DNA of 64,000 nt from Longimicrobiales bacterium (GCA_963422615.1 OY730414.1:1658302-1722301); one strand, 5' to 3'. Counted from the first letter of the stretch, positions 46,987-56,273 are shown. Notes: a model not told the origin generated them from the sequence alone. Program-made: numbers and translations.

Positions 46987-48303
46987 GTGGGGCGCCTGTT
47001 GATCCGGGGCGGACGGGTGATCGATCCGGGCCGGGGGATGGATCTGCGGGGCGACGTGCTCCTGGAGGGGGACCAGGTGGCGGCCGTGGGTCCGGAACTC
47101 GAGGCGAAAGGGGCCAAAGTGCTGGACGCCCGAGGAATGGTGGTCGCTCCTGGGTTCGTAGACCCTCATGCGCACCTGTGCGAGCCAGGCCGGGAACACC
47201 GAGAAACCATTTCCAGTGGGGCTCGCGCGGCGGCGGCGGGGGGCTACACGGCGGTCTGTGCCATGCCCGACACCGACCCGGTCACCGACGACCCGGCGAC
47301 AGTGGGGTTCGTGGTGGCCGAAGGGTTGCGGGCGAACGGAGCCCGGGTGTTTCCGGCGGTTGCCCTCTCGGTGGGCCGCAAAGGCGAACGTCTCACCGAG
47401 TTCGGTGAGGTCATGGAGGCGGGCGCGGTGGCGGTAACCGAGGGAGGACGTCCGGTTCGATCTTCGGTGCTCATGCGCCTCGCCCTGGAATACGCCCGGT
47501 CCTTCGGGGTTCCGATTCTTTCTCACTCGGAAGACGCGTATCTGTCCGAGGGTGGGGTCATTCACGAAGGGGTCATGTCCACGCGTCTGGGACTGCGGGG
47601 AAAACCCGCCGTTGCGGAGGAGATCGGGGTTGCCCGAGACTTGGCGCTGGCGGGTGCGGTCCAAGGGCGCATTCACATTCAGCGGGTCTCCACAGGAGCT
47701 GCCACGGACCTCATCCGACGGGCCAAGGAGAGGGGTGTCCGGGTCACCGCCGAAGCCACCCCTCACCACCTTCTCCTTTCCCACGTGGCCCTCGCCGGGT
47801 ACGGCACCGAGTACAAGGTGGACCCGCCCCTTCGGCCCCGTCGCGACGTGGACGCAATGCGGAAGGCGCTGGTCCAAGGGGTGATTGACTGCGTTGCCAC
47901 CGACCATTCCCCCCGGCACTACGACGAAAAGGAGCAGGCCTTTGACGATGCGCCCTTTGGCGCCGTGGGCTTCGAGACGACGTTTGCGGTCCTGCACACC
48001 TGCCTTGTCCTAGGAGGTGTGCTTGACCTACCGACGCTTCTGGAACGCATGTCCGCGGGTCCGGCTCGGGCTTTGGGCTTGCCGGAAACGGGCTTCCGAC
48101 CGGGGTGCACGGCGGATTTGGTGCTCATCAACCCGGCCCTGGAATGGTCAATTGACGCCGGGGCGTTTCTTTCCAGAAGCCGGAACACCGTCTTTGACGG
48201 CATGAAGGTCGTGGGCCGGGTGGTCCGCACCCTGGTAGGGGGGGAGACCGTCTGGACGTTGCCTACTCCCGGGAGCGCACCATCCGGTCCAACTGTGACT
48301 TGA
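46987..48303 (+). CDS. pyrC: Dihydroorotase-family protein, probably the inactive PyrC-prime structural subunit of ATCase
   Basis: PGFVDPHAHL.EPG, AAAAGG.T, EATPHHL, PPLR, ATDH. Follows pyrB. Several metal and substrate ligands are substituted. Confidence 0.85.
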   Translation: MGRLLIRGGRVIDPGRGMDLRGDVLLEGDQVAAVGPELEAKGAKVLDARGMVVAPGFVDPHAHLCEPGREHRETISSGARAAAAGGYTAVCAMPDTDPVTDDPATVGFVVAEGLRANGARVFPAVALSVGRKGERLTEFGEVMEAGAVAVTEGGRPVRSSVLMRLALEYARSFGVPILSHSEDAYLSEGGVIHEGVMSTRLGLRGKPAVAEEIGVARDLALAGAVQGRIHIQRVSTGAATDLIRRAKERGVRVTAEATPHHLLLSHVALAGYGTEYKVDPPLRPRRDVDAMRKALVQGVIDCVATDHSPRHYDEKEQAFDDAPFGAVGFETTFAVLHTCLVLGGVLDLPTLLERMSAGPARALGLPETGFRPGCTADLVLINPALEWSIDAGAFLSRSRNTVFDGMKVVGRVVRTLVGGETVWTLPTPGSAPSGPTVT

Positions 48304-48517
48304 TCCTGCCCGCTTTGTTGGGGTGCAGAATACGGCGACTGGCCGCCCGGTCCACGAGGGCGACGGCATTCCGTCGCCATTTTTCGGCCTGTTGCCGAGA
48401 GCCGGCTTCCCGAACCCGGCGGATCGCCGTGCGGATACGGGACTTGGCACTCCGGTTGCGGGAACGAGCCACCCTGCTGAGTTCCATCCGCTTCTTCGCG
48501 CTCTTGATGTTCGGCAT
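48263..48517 (-). CDS. rpsT: 30S ribosomal protein S20
   Basis: MPNIKSAKKR...RNR..KS..RTAI...VDRAA...ILHPNKA.R.KS.L. Confidence 0.95.
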   Translation of the reverse strand: MPNIKSAKKRMELSRVARSRNRSAKSRIRTAIRRVREAGSRQQAEKWRRNAVALVDRAASRRILHPNKAGRIKSQLDRMVRSRE

Positions 48518-48815
48518 GCTTGAACGTTCCGCTCCCGATTCGTTTTCGTTTCTGCTGGGCTGCATCCGGCCGCCCGATCCAGCCACCCCTGGCCCCGACG
48601 GGCTGACCACCCCGTCGGACGGGTGAATCTCCTCAGTCATCCCCGCCTTCGGTGTTCCCCACCTTCCGTGATAACGATAGAATCATCCGAAGCGCCGATC
48701 AACCGCCTTAGGAGCGACGAATATCTCCGCATCCCCCGGTTTCCACCGGCGAACAGGTCCCTCATCGGGGGGCGGGGGACTGGAACCGCTCAAGTGGGTT
48801 CTCTAACTTCGCGCC

Positions 48816-49463
48816 ATGGATTTTCTACTGATCACGTCTGTCCTGCTCTTTTCCGTCGTCGTCCATGAGGTCGCTCACGCATGGCAGGCTTTGAGGGAAG
48901 GGGACCCCACAGCTCGCGACATGGGCCGGATCACGCTGAATCCGTTTCCCCATCTTGATCTCGTGGGATCCTTCATCGTCCCCCTCGCACTGTACCTTCT
49001 ACCCGGCGATTTTCTCTTCGGATGGGCGAAACCCGTTCCCGTGAATCCCCGGAACTACCGAAACTACCGTATCGGAGACATTCGCGTGTCGTTGGCGGGT
49101 ATCGTCGCCAACTTGGCCCTGGTTGTCCTGTGCGTTTTGGCCCTGGGCATGCTTTCCCGGGTCGCAGGAGATCCAGTGATCTCGGGCCAAATCGGTTCAA
49201 GTATTTCGAAGATATTGACCTATGGCCTCTTGATAAATCTGATTCTAGCATACTTCAACCTACTCCCGATTCCGCCCCTTGATGGTTCCCACGTTGTCTA
49301 TCACCTGCTTCCGCCCGCTTTAGGGACCCGATACCGGTCGGTGAGGTGGCACGGCTTGATCTTCCTTTTCCTCCTGTTCGGTTTCTTCACCGACGTGTTC
49401 TCTGTGGTATTCGCCCCCGTGGGCTTGGCCTTCAACTGGCTTTTAGGGGTGGCCCTGGGGTGA
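48816..49463 (+). CDS. Site-2 protease family (M50) membrane metalloprotease
   Basis: HEVAH, GDPTA...GRITLNP..H.D..G, FGWAKPVPVN, FNLLPIPPLDGS. Confidence 0.93.
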   Translation: MDFLLITSVLLFSVVVHEVAHAWQALREGDPTARDMGRITLNPFPHLDLVGSFIVPLALYLLPGDFLFGWAKPVPVNPRNYRNYRIGDIRVSLAGIVANLALVVLCVLALGMLSRVAGDPVISGQIGSSISKILTYGLLINLILAYFNLLPIPPLDGSHVVYHLLPPALGTRYRSVRWHGLIFLFLLFGFFTDVFSVVFAPVGLAFNWLLGVALG

Positions 49464-50299
49464 CGACGTCCGCTGTCCTTTCGAAGCTGGGCGTCTCCGA
49501 CCCGTCCGTCGCCACCGACCTCCTCTTCATCGAGACCGATCGCTTCAACGGGCCCCTGGACCTGCTTCTCCATCTGGTCCGCATCCAGGACATCGACATC
49601 TTCGACATTCCCATCGCCCGGATCACTGGTCAGTTTCTGGCGGCCATCGAGCAGCTGGAGGAAAAGGGCCTCGACGAAGCCGGAGAATTTCTGGAGATGG
49701 CGGCTTCCTTGGTGCACATCAAGGCCGGAATGCTCCTTCCCAAGCCCGCCGACGATGAAGACTTTGATCCCCGGGCCGAACTGGTGAGTCGGCTCATGGA
49801 GTACGAGCTGGTTCGGGAGATTGCGAGCCGCCTCCGGATCGCCGAAAACGACCGCTGCCACCGTTTCGGGAAGGGCTATTTCCCCCCCCGTCCCAAGCCC
49901 CGGGTAGCCGATGCTCCCCTGGACGTCACCTGGGAGGCGGTGTTCAAAGCCGCCCTCCGCACTGACCCGCCCAAGGAGCCCCGGAGGCACCGAATGACCC
50001 CGCGCTCCGTCGCTCTGAAGGACAAGGTGAAGCTGATCGTCGGAACCATGAGAAAGGTGCGCCGGATCGAATTCTCGAAGCTGGTGGCGCCCTGGAAGCA
50101 GCGCACCCACGGGGTCATGACGCTTTTGGCCGGCCTGGAGCTGGGGCGGAGGCGGATTGTCTCCTTGAAGCAGAGAAAACCCTTCTCCCCGTTGTGGATC
50201 TACAGGGGCGAGAACTTGAACGGCAATGGGCTGGAGAGGGAATCCCGATCTCGGAAGCAGGGGTCCCCGGGCCTCCAGGCGCCGAGGGGGATCGAGTGA
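49460..50299 (+). CDS. scpA: Segregation and condensation protein A
   Basis: F.GPLDLLLHL....IDIFDIPIA.IT.QFL, EFL.MAA.L..IK..MLLP, DPR.ELV.RL.EY. Confidence 0.92.
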   Translation: MTTSAVLSKLGVSDPSVATDLLFIETDRFNGPLDLLLHLVRIQDIDIFDIPIARITGQFLAAIEQLEEKGLDEAGEFLEMAASLVHIKAGMLLPKPADDEDFDPRAELVSRLMEYELVREIASRLRIAENDRCHRFGKGYFPPRPKPRVADAPLDVTWEAVFKAALRTDPPKEPRRHRMTPRSVALKDKVKLIVGTMRKVRRIEFSKLVAPWKQRTHGVMTLLAGLELGRRRIVSLKQRKPFSPLWIYRGENLNGNGLERESRSRKQGSPGLQAPRGIE

Positions 50300-50871
50300 G
50301 GAACGCCGCGGTGGTGGAAGCGATTCTCTTCGCCAGCGACGCGCCGCTGACCGCGGACGAGATCGCTTGTGCCGAAGAAGCCCTGGACGAAGACGCCGTC
50401 GAAGCGGCCCTGGCCGTACTCAAGGCGGAGTATGACGAATCCGGTCGGGCCTTCGAACTTCGGAAGGTGGCGGACGGAGTGCAGCTCATGACCCGGCCGG
50501 AGTTTGCCCCCTGCCTGGAGCGCTTCGACGCCGTCGCACCGCCATCCCGCCTTTCTGGACCCGCTTTGGAAGCCCTGGCGATCGTGGCCTATCGCCAGCC
50601 CGTGAGTCGCGTTGAGATCGATTACGTTCGGGGCGTCAACTCCACGGGCGTGGTCCGAACCCTGTTGGACCGAGAGCTGATTCGGGTGGTGGGACGCGGG
50701 GAGGGGGTGGGGCGTCCGGTCCTCTACGGCACGTCTTCCAAATTCATGGAGCACTTCGGTTTCGCGTCCATGGACGACCTTCCCAGACCCGAGGAACTGC
50801 CGTTCGTTCTCCGGGAACGCCCCCCTCTGCGGGAATCGACGACCCCCTCCGACCCGGAAGCGGGCGAGTGA
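50296..50871 (+). CDS. scpB: Segregation and condensation protein B
   Basis: VEAILFAS..PL, LS..ALE.LAIVAY.QP..R..I..VRGV.S, GRP.LYGT...F...FG. Confidence 0.93.
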   Translation: MRNAAVVEAILFASDAPLTADEIACAEEALDEDAVEAALAVLKAEYDESGRAFELRKVADGVQLMTRPEFAPCLERFDAVAPPSRLSGPALEALAIVAYRQPVSRVEIDYVRGVNSTGVVRTLLDRELIRVVGRGEGVGRPVLYGTSSKFMEHFGFASMDDLPRPEELPFVLRERPPLRESTTPSDPEAGE

Positions 50872-51647
50872 AACGGAATCTGGGCCCCGGTCCGGTACGT
50901 CTCCAGAAGTACCTTTCCCGGACGGGTGCCGTCTCCCGGAGACAAGGGGAGGCGATGATCGAGGAAGGCCGTGTCCGGATCAACGGGGCCCGGGTGACCG
51001 TACCGGGAGTTCGGGTTACGCCGGGAGTGGACACCGTTGTACTGGACGGGAGAATCGTCGAGCCTGCGCCCCTCCGCTGGATCGTTTTTCACAAGCCGAA
51101 CGGGGTTCTGTGCACCCGAAGCGATCTTCACGGAGGCGAGACCATCTACGATGTGCTTCCCGGTTGGGTCTCGGTCTCGGGCCTTCGATACGTGGGACGT
51201 CTTGACCGAGACACCTGCGGTCTGCTGCTCCTCACCAACGATGGGGACTTGGCCGCGGCCCTTGCTCACCCTCGGGGGCGGGTTGAAAGGGAATACCTGG
51301 CGTCGATCAAGGGCTCCATCACGGCTCGGGGACTCCGGGCGTTGAAGCGGGGTGTTGGACTCGAAGACGGCTTTGCTCGGCCCAGGCGAGTCCGGAGGGT
51401 TCGGTTGGCGTCGGGGGCATGGGGCGTGCGGCTCGTCCTCGCCGAGGGAAGAAAGCGGGAGGTGCGGCGGCTCTTGAAGGCGGTGGGACACCCCGCACTG
51501 GCCCTGTCCCGCATCCGTTTCGGGCCCTTCCGCCTGGAGGGACTGAAGCCCGGGGATTGGCGGCCTGCTCGGGTTTCGGAGCTCAGGCAGGCGAGGGCGA
51601 TGGTTCGTTTCTCGGGAAAGAACCGGGGAGGCACCTCCCGTGTCTGA
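50868..51647 (+). CDS. rluB: rRNA pseudouridine synthase (RluB/RsuA family)
   Basis: S4 domain RLQKYL...G..SRR..E..I..GRV, HKP.G, VGRLD.DT.GLLLLTNDG, EGRKREVRR. Confidence 0.85.
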   Translation: MKRNLGPGPVRLQKYLSRTGAVSRRQGEAMIEEGRVRINGARVTVPGVRVTPGVDTVVLDGRIVEPAPLRWIVFHKPNGVLCTRSDLHGGETIYDVLPGWVSVSGLRYVGRLDRDTCGLLLLTNDGDLAAALAHPRGRVEREYLASIKGSITARGLRALKRGVGLEDGFARPRRVRRVRLASGAWGVRLVLAEGRKREVRRLLKAVGHPALALSRIRFGPFRLEGLKPGDWRPARVSELRQARAMVRFSGKNRGGTSRV

Positions 51648-52275
51648 ACCGAAGCCCAGAGTCGTAGAACACCCCCTGATTCGCCATAAGGTGGCCTGTC
51701 TCCGGGACAAGCACACGCCCCGGCAGCGGTTCCGGGAGTTGTTGGGAGAGATTGCCGCTTTCTTGACCTACGAGGCCACGATCGGACTCAGGGAGGATGA
51801 GGTGATCGTTGAGACCCCTCTTGAGATCACGACCGGTCGATCCGTTCGGGAGGACGCGTTGGTCCTTGTTCCCATCCTGCGGGCCGGCCTGGGGATGGTG
51901 GAAGGGATCCTCCGCCTCCTCCCCGCGGCCCGAGTGGGCCATGTGGGGCTTCAGCGCGACGAAGAGACGCTGGAGCCCATCCGCTACTACGGGAAAATCC
52001 CTCCCGGACCCGAGCGCCTGACGTTTCTTGTCGTCGATCCCATGCTGGCCACCGGTGGTTCTGCTTCGGCTGCCTTGGCTTGGCTGAAGGAGAACGGGGC
52101 TCGCGACATCCGGTTCATGTGTGTGGTGGCCGCACCCGAGGGCGCCGCTCGTCTGGCCCGAGACCACTCGGATGTCCCTGTGTACGCGGCCGTACTTGAC
52201 CGGCAGCTCAACGACAAGGGCTACATTCTGCCGGGACTGGGGGATGCGGGAGACCGCTTGTACGGGACGGTGTAG
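51640..52275 (+). CDS. upp: Uracil phosphoribosyltransferase
   Basis: HPLI.HK...LRD, VPILRAGLGM, G.QRDEETL.P, DPMLATGGS, YILPGLGDAGDRL.GT. Confidence 0.96.
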   Translation: MSEPKPRVVEHPLIRHKVACLRDKHTPRQRFRELLGEIAAFLTYEATIGLREDEVIVETPLEITTGRSVREDALVLVPILRAGLGMVEGILRLLPAARVGHVGLQRDEETLEPIRYYGKIPPGPERLTFLVVDPMLATGGSASAALAWLKENGARDIRFMCVVAAPEGAARLARDHSDVPVYAAVLDRQLNDKGYILPGLGDAGDRLYGTV

Positions 52276-52347
52276 ACGTGACCCGGGGGGTCGGTCGGCT
52301 GCTTCTTCACCTTGATTGTCACTCCACAGCGGTTGAACTTGGTGGGC

Positions 52348-52421
52348 GGGCCCATAGCTCAGGCGGTTAGAGCAGCGGACTCATAATCCGATGGTCGGGG
52401 GTTCAAGTCCCTCTGGGCCCA
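52348..52421 (+). tRNA. tRNA with CAT anticodon, Ile2 (lysidine) type
   Basis: Acceptor GGGCCCA/TGGGCCC, D-arm TAGCTCAG..GGTTAGAGCA, anticodon loop CTCATAA, T-loop GGTTCAAGTCC. Resembles ileX-type tRNAs. No C1 mismatch or triple G-C anticodon stem of initiator tRNA. Confidence 0.9.
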
Positions 52422-52443
52422 CTGGTACGAAGCCGGTTCTCCA

Positions 52444-52477
52444 GTCCTGTGCCCGGTTGATCTACCGGGCACAGGAC
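52444..52477 (+). terminator. Strong hairpin downstream of the tRNA
   Basis: Perfect 14-bp stem GTCCTGTGCCCGGT / ACCGGGCACAGGAC with 6-nt loop. Weak U-tract. Confidence 0.55.
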
Positions 52478-52530
52478 GTTAACCTGGGGGCCGGTTCCGC
52501 AACTCTTCTACGGCTTCAAGGCGGCCGCAG

Positions 52531-52893
52531 TTGCTCTTTCGACACGCCACCCATTGGGATGCCCGCCGCGCGGGAACGGCCCTTCTGGTCCTGCTCCAGA
52601 TCGCCGCTTCCGTGGCGCTGAGTCCTGCTGACGCCCTTATGGACCGAGCGGGCACCGGCTCGTCCGCGCATGTTGAAGTGCCTGGAAGCGAGGACTGTCC
52701 GGCCAGCCATACCCACCTCTTCTGCCAAGTGATGCGGTCCCTGGGGGAAGCGGGTGCGGCCCGTCGCATTGACGTGGCAGAAATGCCGGCGCCCCTGGCG
52801 CCGTATCCCGTTGCCCGCTCCGGGGATGTCGGGGTTGGGGACCGGGCTTTTCTGATCAGTTCCGTGATTCCCAGGGGTCCTCCTTCCGTCTGA
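52531..52893 (+). CDS. DUF2946-like leader protein with C-terminal RGPP ribosome-arrest motif
   Basis: Hydrophobic signal-like segment, metal-ligand cluster H..C.3.H.H..C..M, Pro-rich linker, ending PRGPPSV-stop. Directly upstream of a TonB-dependent receptor. Confidence 0.72.
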   Translation: MLFRHATHWDARRAGTALLVLLQIAASVALSPADALMDRAGTGSSAHVEVPGSEDCPASHTHLFCQVMRSLGEAGAARRIDVAEMPAPLAPYPVARSGDVGVGDRAFLISSVIPRGPPSV

Positions 52894-53052
52894 CCCCGCT
52901 TCGGAGCGCCGGCTCCGGATTCCTTTGCTTCATCCGTTTCGTCGGCCCTGGAAACCCGGTTTTCCGGGGCCCGTCCGGTTCTGTTTGTTGCGGACTCAAC
53001 CTTGCGGTTCGCACCCCCGGATGCTTCCAACGGGCAATCCCTCAAGGAAGCC

Positions 53053-55317
53053 ATGAAAATCACCCCATCCCAGTTTTGCCGCTCTGCCCGCCGGTTTTGG
53101 AGCCCGATCCCCTTCGCGCTCACGGTCGGCTGTGCCGCTTCGTTTGCGGGAAACCCTGCTTCGGCACAGGTACCGGAGCACGCCAGAGAGATCGAAGGGA
53201 TCATTCGGGACGCCAGGACCCAAGATCCCCTCGCCGGTTCCACGGTCTTCTTGATGGGTACGAGAACGATTGCGGTTACTCATCAAGACGGGTCTTTCCA
53301 CCTCGTGGGGGTAGAAGCCGGGACCCACTTCATTCGCGTTGAGCGCCTGGGATATCGCAGTGAGGTGGTGGAGGTTTCCTTGGGACCCGAATCGGGGCTC
53401 GTGATCGTGGAACTCCACCCGTCGCCCATCAGCATCCACGGGATGGTCGTGACCGCTGCTTTGACGGAACGGGGGGCGAACGAGGTGCTGCGGCCGGCCA
53501 ACGTCATGGCCGGCGACGAAATGCAGTATCGGCTCCGGGGGACGGTAGCCGAGACCCTGGCCCTGGAACCAGGGCTTGCCGCGACGAGCACGGGCCCGGC
53601 TACGGCGCGACCCGTGATCCGCGGTCTCAGCGGTGACCGGGTTCTCATGCTGGAAGACGGCGCCCGGGTGGGGGACGTTTCGAACAGCGGGGCGGACCAT
53701 GCGACCGCGATCACTCCGTTTGCCGCCCGGCGGATTGAGGTCGTGCGGGGTCCTTCGGCCCTTCTGTACGGCAGCAATGCTCTTGGGGGGGTCATCAACG
53801 TGATTCGGGATGAAATCCCCTCCTCGGTGCCCCATCACCCCACGGGATCGGCGCTTCTCCGAACCCGCACGGTCAGCGGTTCCGTGGTGGGCAGCGCCGC
53901 GGCGACGTTCGGCGTGACGAACCGGATCCCGCTGCGGCTCGAAGCAACCGCGCGGACCGCCGACGACTTGGACACGCCGGTCGGCCGCCTTCAAAACACC
54001 GATTCCGAAGTCCTCAGCGGAGGAGCGGGCACGGCCTACGTATCGGACTGGGGTCATGCGGGCGCCTCGTTCCGGGCGTATCGAAACAAATATGGAATCC
54101 CGGGCGGGTTTGTCGGAGGTCACGTGGCAGGCGTGCGCGTCGAGATGGAGCGCATGTCCACCAAGTTTCGAGCGGTCGTCGACCGGCCGATTGGACCCTT
54201 CGCCTCCGTGGAAGCCGACGGGACGTACACCTGGTACCGGCATAAGGAGCTGGAGCCGCCCGATATCCTGGGCACCCTCTTCAAGCTTCAGACCCTGAGC
54301 GGAGACATTCTGGCCCGCCACGGAGCCCAGGGACCGTTCTCGGCGGGGGCAGTCGGCGCCCGAATCTCCTGGGAGGACTTCGGTTTCGGTGGGAGTCTCT
54401 CCACCCCGAACGCTCGGCGGAACACGGCGGCCGCCTACATCTTCGAAGAGATTGACCTGGACCCGGTTCGGATCGAAGCGGGGCTGCGGTACGACTGGGT
54501 GCAGGCGAGGCCCCTTCAGAAGGATCCGGAATCGGACATCGGAGCGATCCGGGATCGGGTCTTTCAGGCCGCCTCTGCCTCTTTTGGGCTCCTCTACCGA
54601 GCCGGGTCTTTCGTGACGGCGGGCGTAAGCGTCGCTCGGGCGTTTCGAACGCCGGACATCCACGAGCTCTACTCCCAGGGACCCCACCTGGCGGCCTATT
54701 CTTTCGAGGTCGGCAACCCGTCTCTGAACACGGAGGTGGGGACCGGGCTCGACCTCTTCGTCCGGCTCGGGAGCGACCGCATGAACGCCGAGCTCAACGG
54801 CTTCTACAACAGGATTTCCGGCTACATCTACGGAGAGCAGACGGGCCAAGTCAGCCGAGTTCTGCTTCCGGTCTACCAGTTCCGGGGCAACAACGCGCAC
54901 CTTGCCGGTCTTGAAGGGAGCGTCAACGTAGATGCCGGGGGAGGACTGCTGGTGCAGGGGGTTGCGTCGTTCGTTCAGGGGAGCTTGACGGAAACCGGCG
55001 ACCCGCTTCCCCTGATTCCGCCCCTTCAGGGCCTTGCTGCCGTGGAGTACGACCGTCCGACGTTTTTTCTCCGAACCGAAGCGGAGCTGGCGGCCCGACA
55101 GAACCGCATCGGGGCTTTCGAGTCCCAAACGGAAGGCTACGCGGTCTTCCATATCGCTGGAGGGGCGCGACTGACCGTAGCGGGTCGGCTGAATGTCCTC
55201 ACCCTGAGCTTGGAAAACCTTACCAACAAGGAGTATCGAAACCACCTCTCGCGGATCAAGGAGCTTATGCCCGAAGCCGGAAGAGGACTGAGCGCAACCT
55301 ACCGCATCGTCTTCTGA
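53053..55317 (+). CDS. TonB-dependent receptor, ZnuD-like metal uptake type
   Basis: Carboxypeptidase-regulatory-like N domain, plug RPVIRGL.G.RV...DHA...RIEVVRGP.ALLYGSNA.GGVIN, YGIPG, ELY..GPH.A...FEVGN..L, C-terminal Phe. Confidence 0.92.
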   Translation: MKITPSQFCRSARRFWSPIPFALTVGCAASFAGNPASAQVPEHAREIEGIIRDARTQDPLAGSTVFLMGTRTIAVTHQDGSFHLVGVEAGTHFIRVERLGYRSEVVEVSLGPESGLVIVELHPSPISIHGMVVTAALTERGANEVLRPANVMAGDEMQYRLRGTVAETLALEPGLAATSTGPATARPVIRGLSGDRVLMLEDGARVGDVSNSGADHATAITPFAARRIEVVRGPSALLYGSNALGGVINVIRDEIPSSVPHHPTGSALLRTRTVSGSVVGSAAATFGVTNRIPLRLEATARTADDLDTPVGRLQNTDSEVLSGGAGTAYVSDWGHAGASFRAYRNKYGIPGGFVGGHVAGVRVEMERMSTKFRAVVDRPIGPFASVEADGTYTWYRHKELEPPDILGTLFKLQTLSGDILARHGAQGPFSAGAVGARISWEDFGFGGSLSTPNARRNTAAAYIFEEIDLDPVRIEAGLRYDWVQARPLQKDPESDIGAIRDRVFQAASASFGLLYRAGSFVTAGVSVARAFRTPDIHELYSQGPHLAAYSFEVGNPSLNTEVGTGLDLFVRLGSDRMNAELNGFYNRISGYIYGEQTGQVSRVLLPVYQFRGNNAHLAGLEGSVNVDAGGGLLVQGVASFVQGSLTETGDPLPLIPPLQGLAAVEYDRPTFFLRTEAELAARQNRIGAFESQTEGYAVFHIAGGARLTVAGRLNVLTLSLENLTNKEYRNHLSRIKELMPEAGRGLSATYRIVF

Positions 55318-55405
55318 CAGCCCACTTCGAGGGTGCGAAGGAGCGAGGCTGGGCGCGCTTTCTGTACAACCACACTCTATTTACAACAACCATAGGAGAA
55401 GCACA

Positions 55406-55882
55406 GTGAAGAAAATCAGCAAGAAAAACCTGCTCGTCGTCATGGTGACCGGGATGCTGGCCTTGGCCGGGTGCGACGAAGATCTCACCGAGCCCGAAGA
55501 AGACCACGCCGAGCCCGACGGCGTGCAGCTCGTCATGAACGGTCAGACTCTCGCATCCTATGACGGGCACGATCAGACCTGGACCAGCGGACTGGAAGTT
55601 GCCGTCGGCGAAGAAACGGCACACATCGGGGTCATTTTTGTGGACCACGACGGCGACGCCATTCCGATTGACGACGATCTTTACCTGGATGCCCAGGTCC
55701 AGGATGAGTCCATTGCCGACTTCCACCAAGATGAGCCCGGGGAGTTCGGAGGCCACCTGGACGGAATCGCAGCGGGTCGAACCGGGATTGCATTTCGGCT
55801 CATGCACGGAACCGTCGGATCGGGTCACCCGGACTTTGAGACCACTCCGGTCGGAGTTCAAGTTGTGTTGGAGCAAAATTAG
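55406..55882 (+). CDS. Acidic His-containing lipoprotein, putative metal-binding partner of the receptor
   Basis: AGGAG RBS, lipobox LAGC, EEDHAE, RLMHG...GHPDF. Confidence 0.8.
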   Translation: MKKISKKNLLVVMVTGMLALAGCDEDLTEPEEDHAEPDGVQLVMNGQTLASYDGHDQTWTSGLEVAVGEETAHIGVIFVDHDGDAIPIDDDLYLDAQVQDESIADFHQDEPGEFGGHLDGIAAGRTGIAFRLMHGTVGSGHPDFETTPVGVQVVLEQN

Positions 55883-55935
55883 AGAAAGAAAAAGGAGGCG
55901 GATTCTCCCCCTTTGACGGCGCCTCAACCAGACAT

Positions 55936-56089
55936 GTCCGACCCGCCCGTCTGCCCACCGAAAAACCTGCGCCGCAACCTGCCTGCCCGGAAGTGGCGGC
56001 GCAGGTCGGGGCGAGACGGCTGGGCCTTGTCGGACGGCTGAACCCTGGGGTACCTGTGCACGGGAGACACTTGCACGGGTACCCCAGGG
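55936..56089. repeat. Two long tandem inverted repeats in an intergenic region
   Basis: Hairpin 1: GTCCGAC/GTCGGAC, CCGTCT/AGACGG, ACCTGCGCCGC (55965-55975)/GCGGCGCAGGT (55996-56006). Hairpin 2: 18-bp stem 56043-56060/56072-56089. Confidence 0.75.
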
Positions 56090-56273
56090 GGAGCGGCGGC
56101 CCCGCGCGTAGTGCGCGGGATGTCCCGCCCCCCCCTTGCGGGCGACTCGTGCGGAGCGGGCACCTCAGGGCTACGATTCCTTTATCCACGCCAATGGCCT
56201 TCCTCCCAAGGGCCACGGTTTGCGTCTTGTTGACACCACCCAACGCCCCATGGTCAAGGAGGCCCCGAACAAA

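Noticed and set aside
52348..52421. tRNA as integration site of a genomic island
   Set aside because: No integrase is present and I saw no duplicated tRNA 3' end in the window. The same holds for tRNA-Ser.
52348..52421. Initiator or elongator tRNA-Met
   Set aside because: Paired 1-72 bases and overall similarity to ileX-type tRNAs favour Ile2. Elongator Met is not fully excluded without a covariance-model run.
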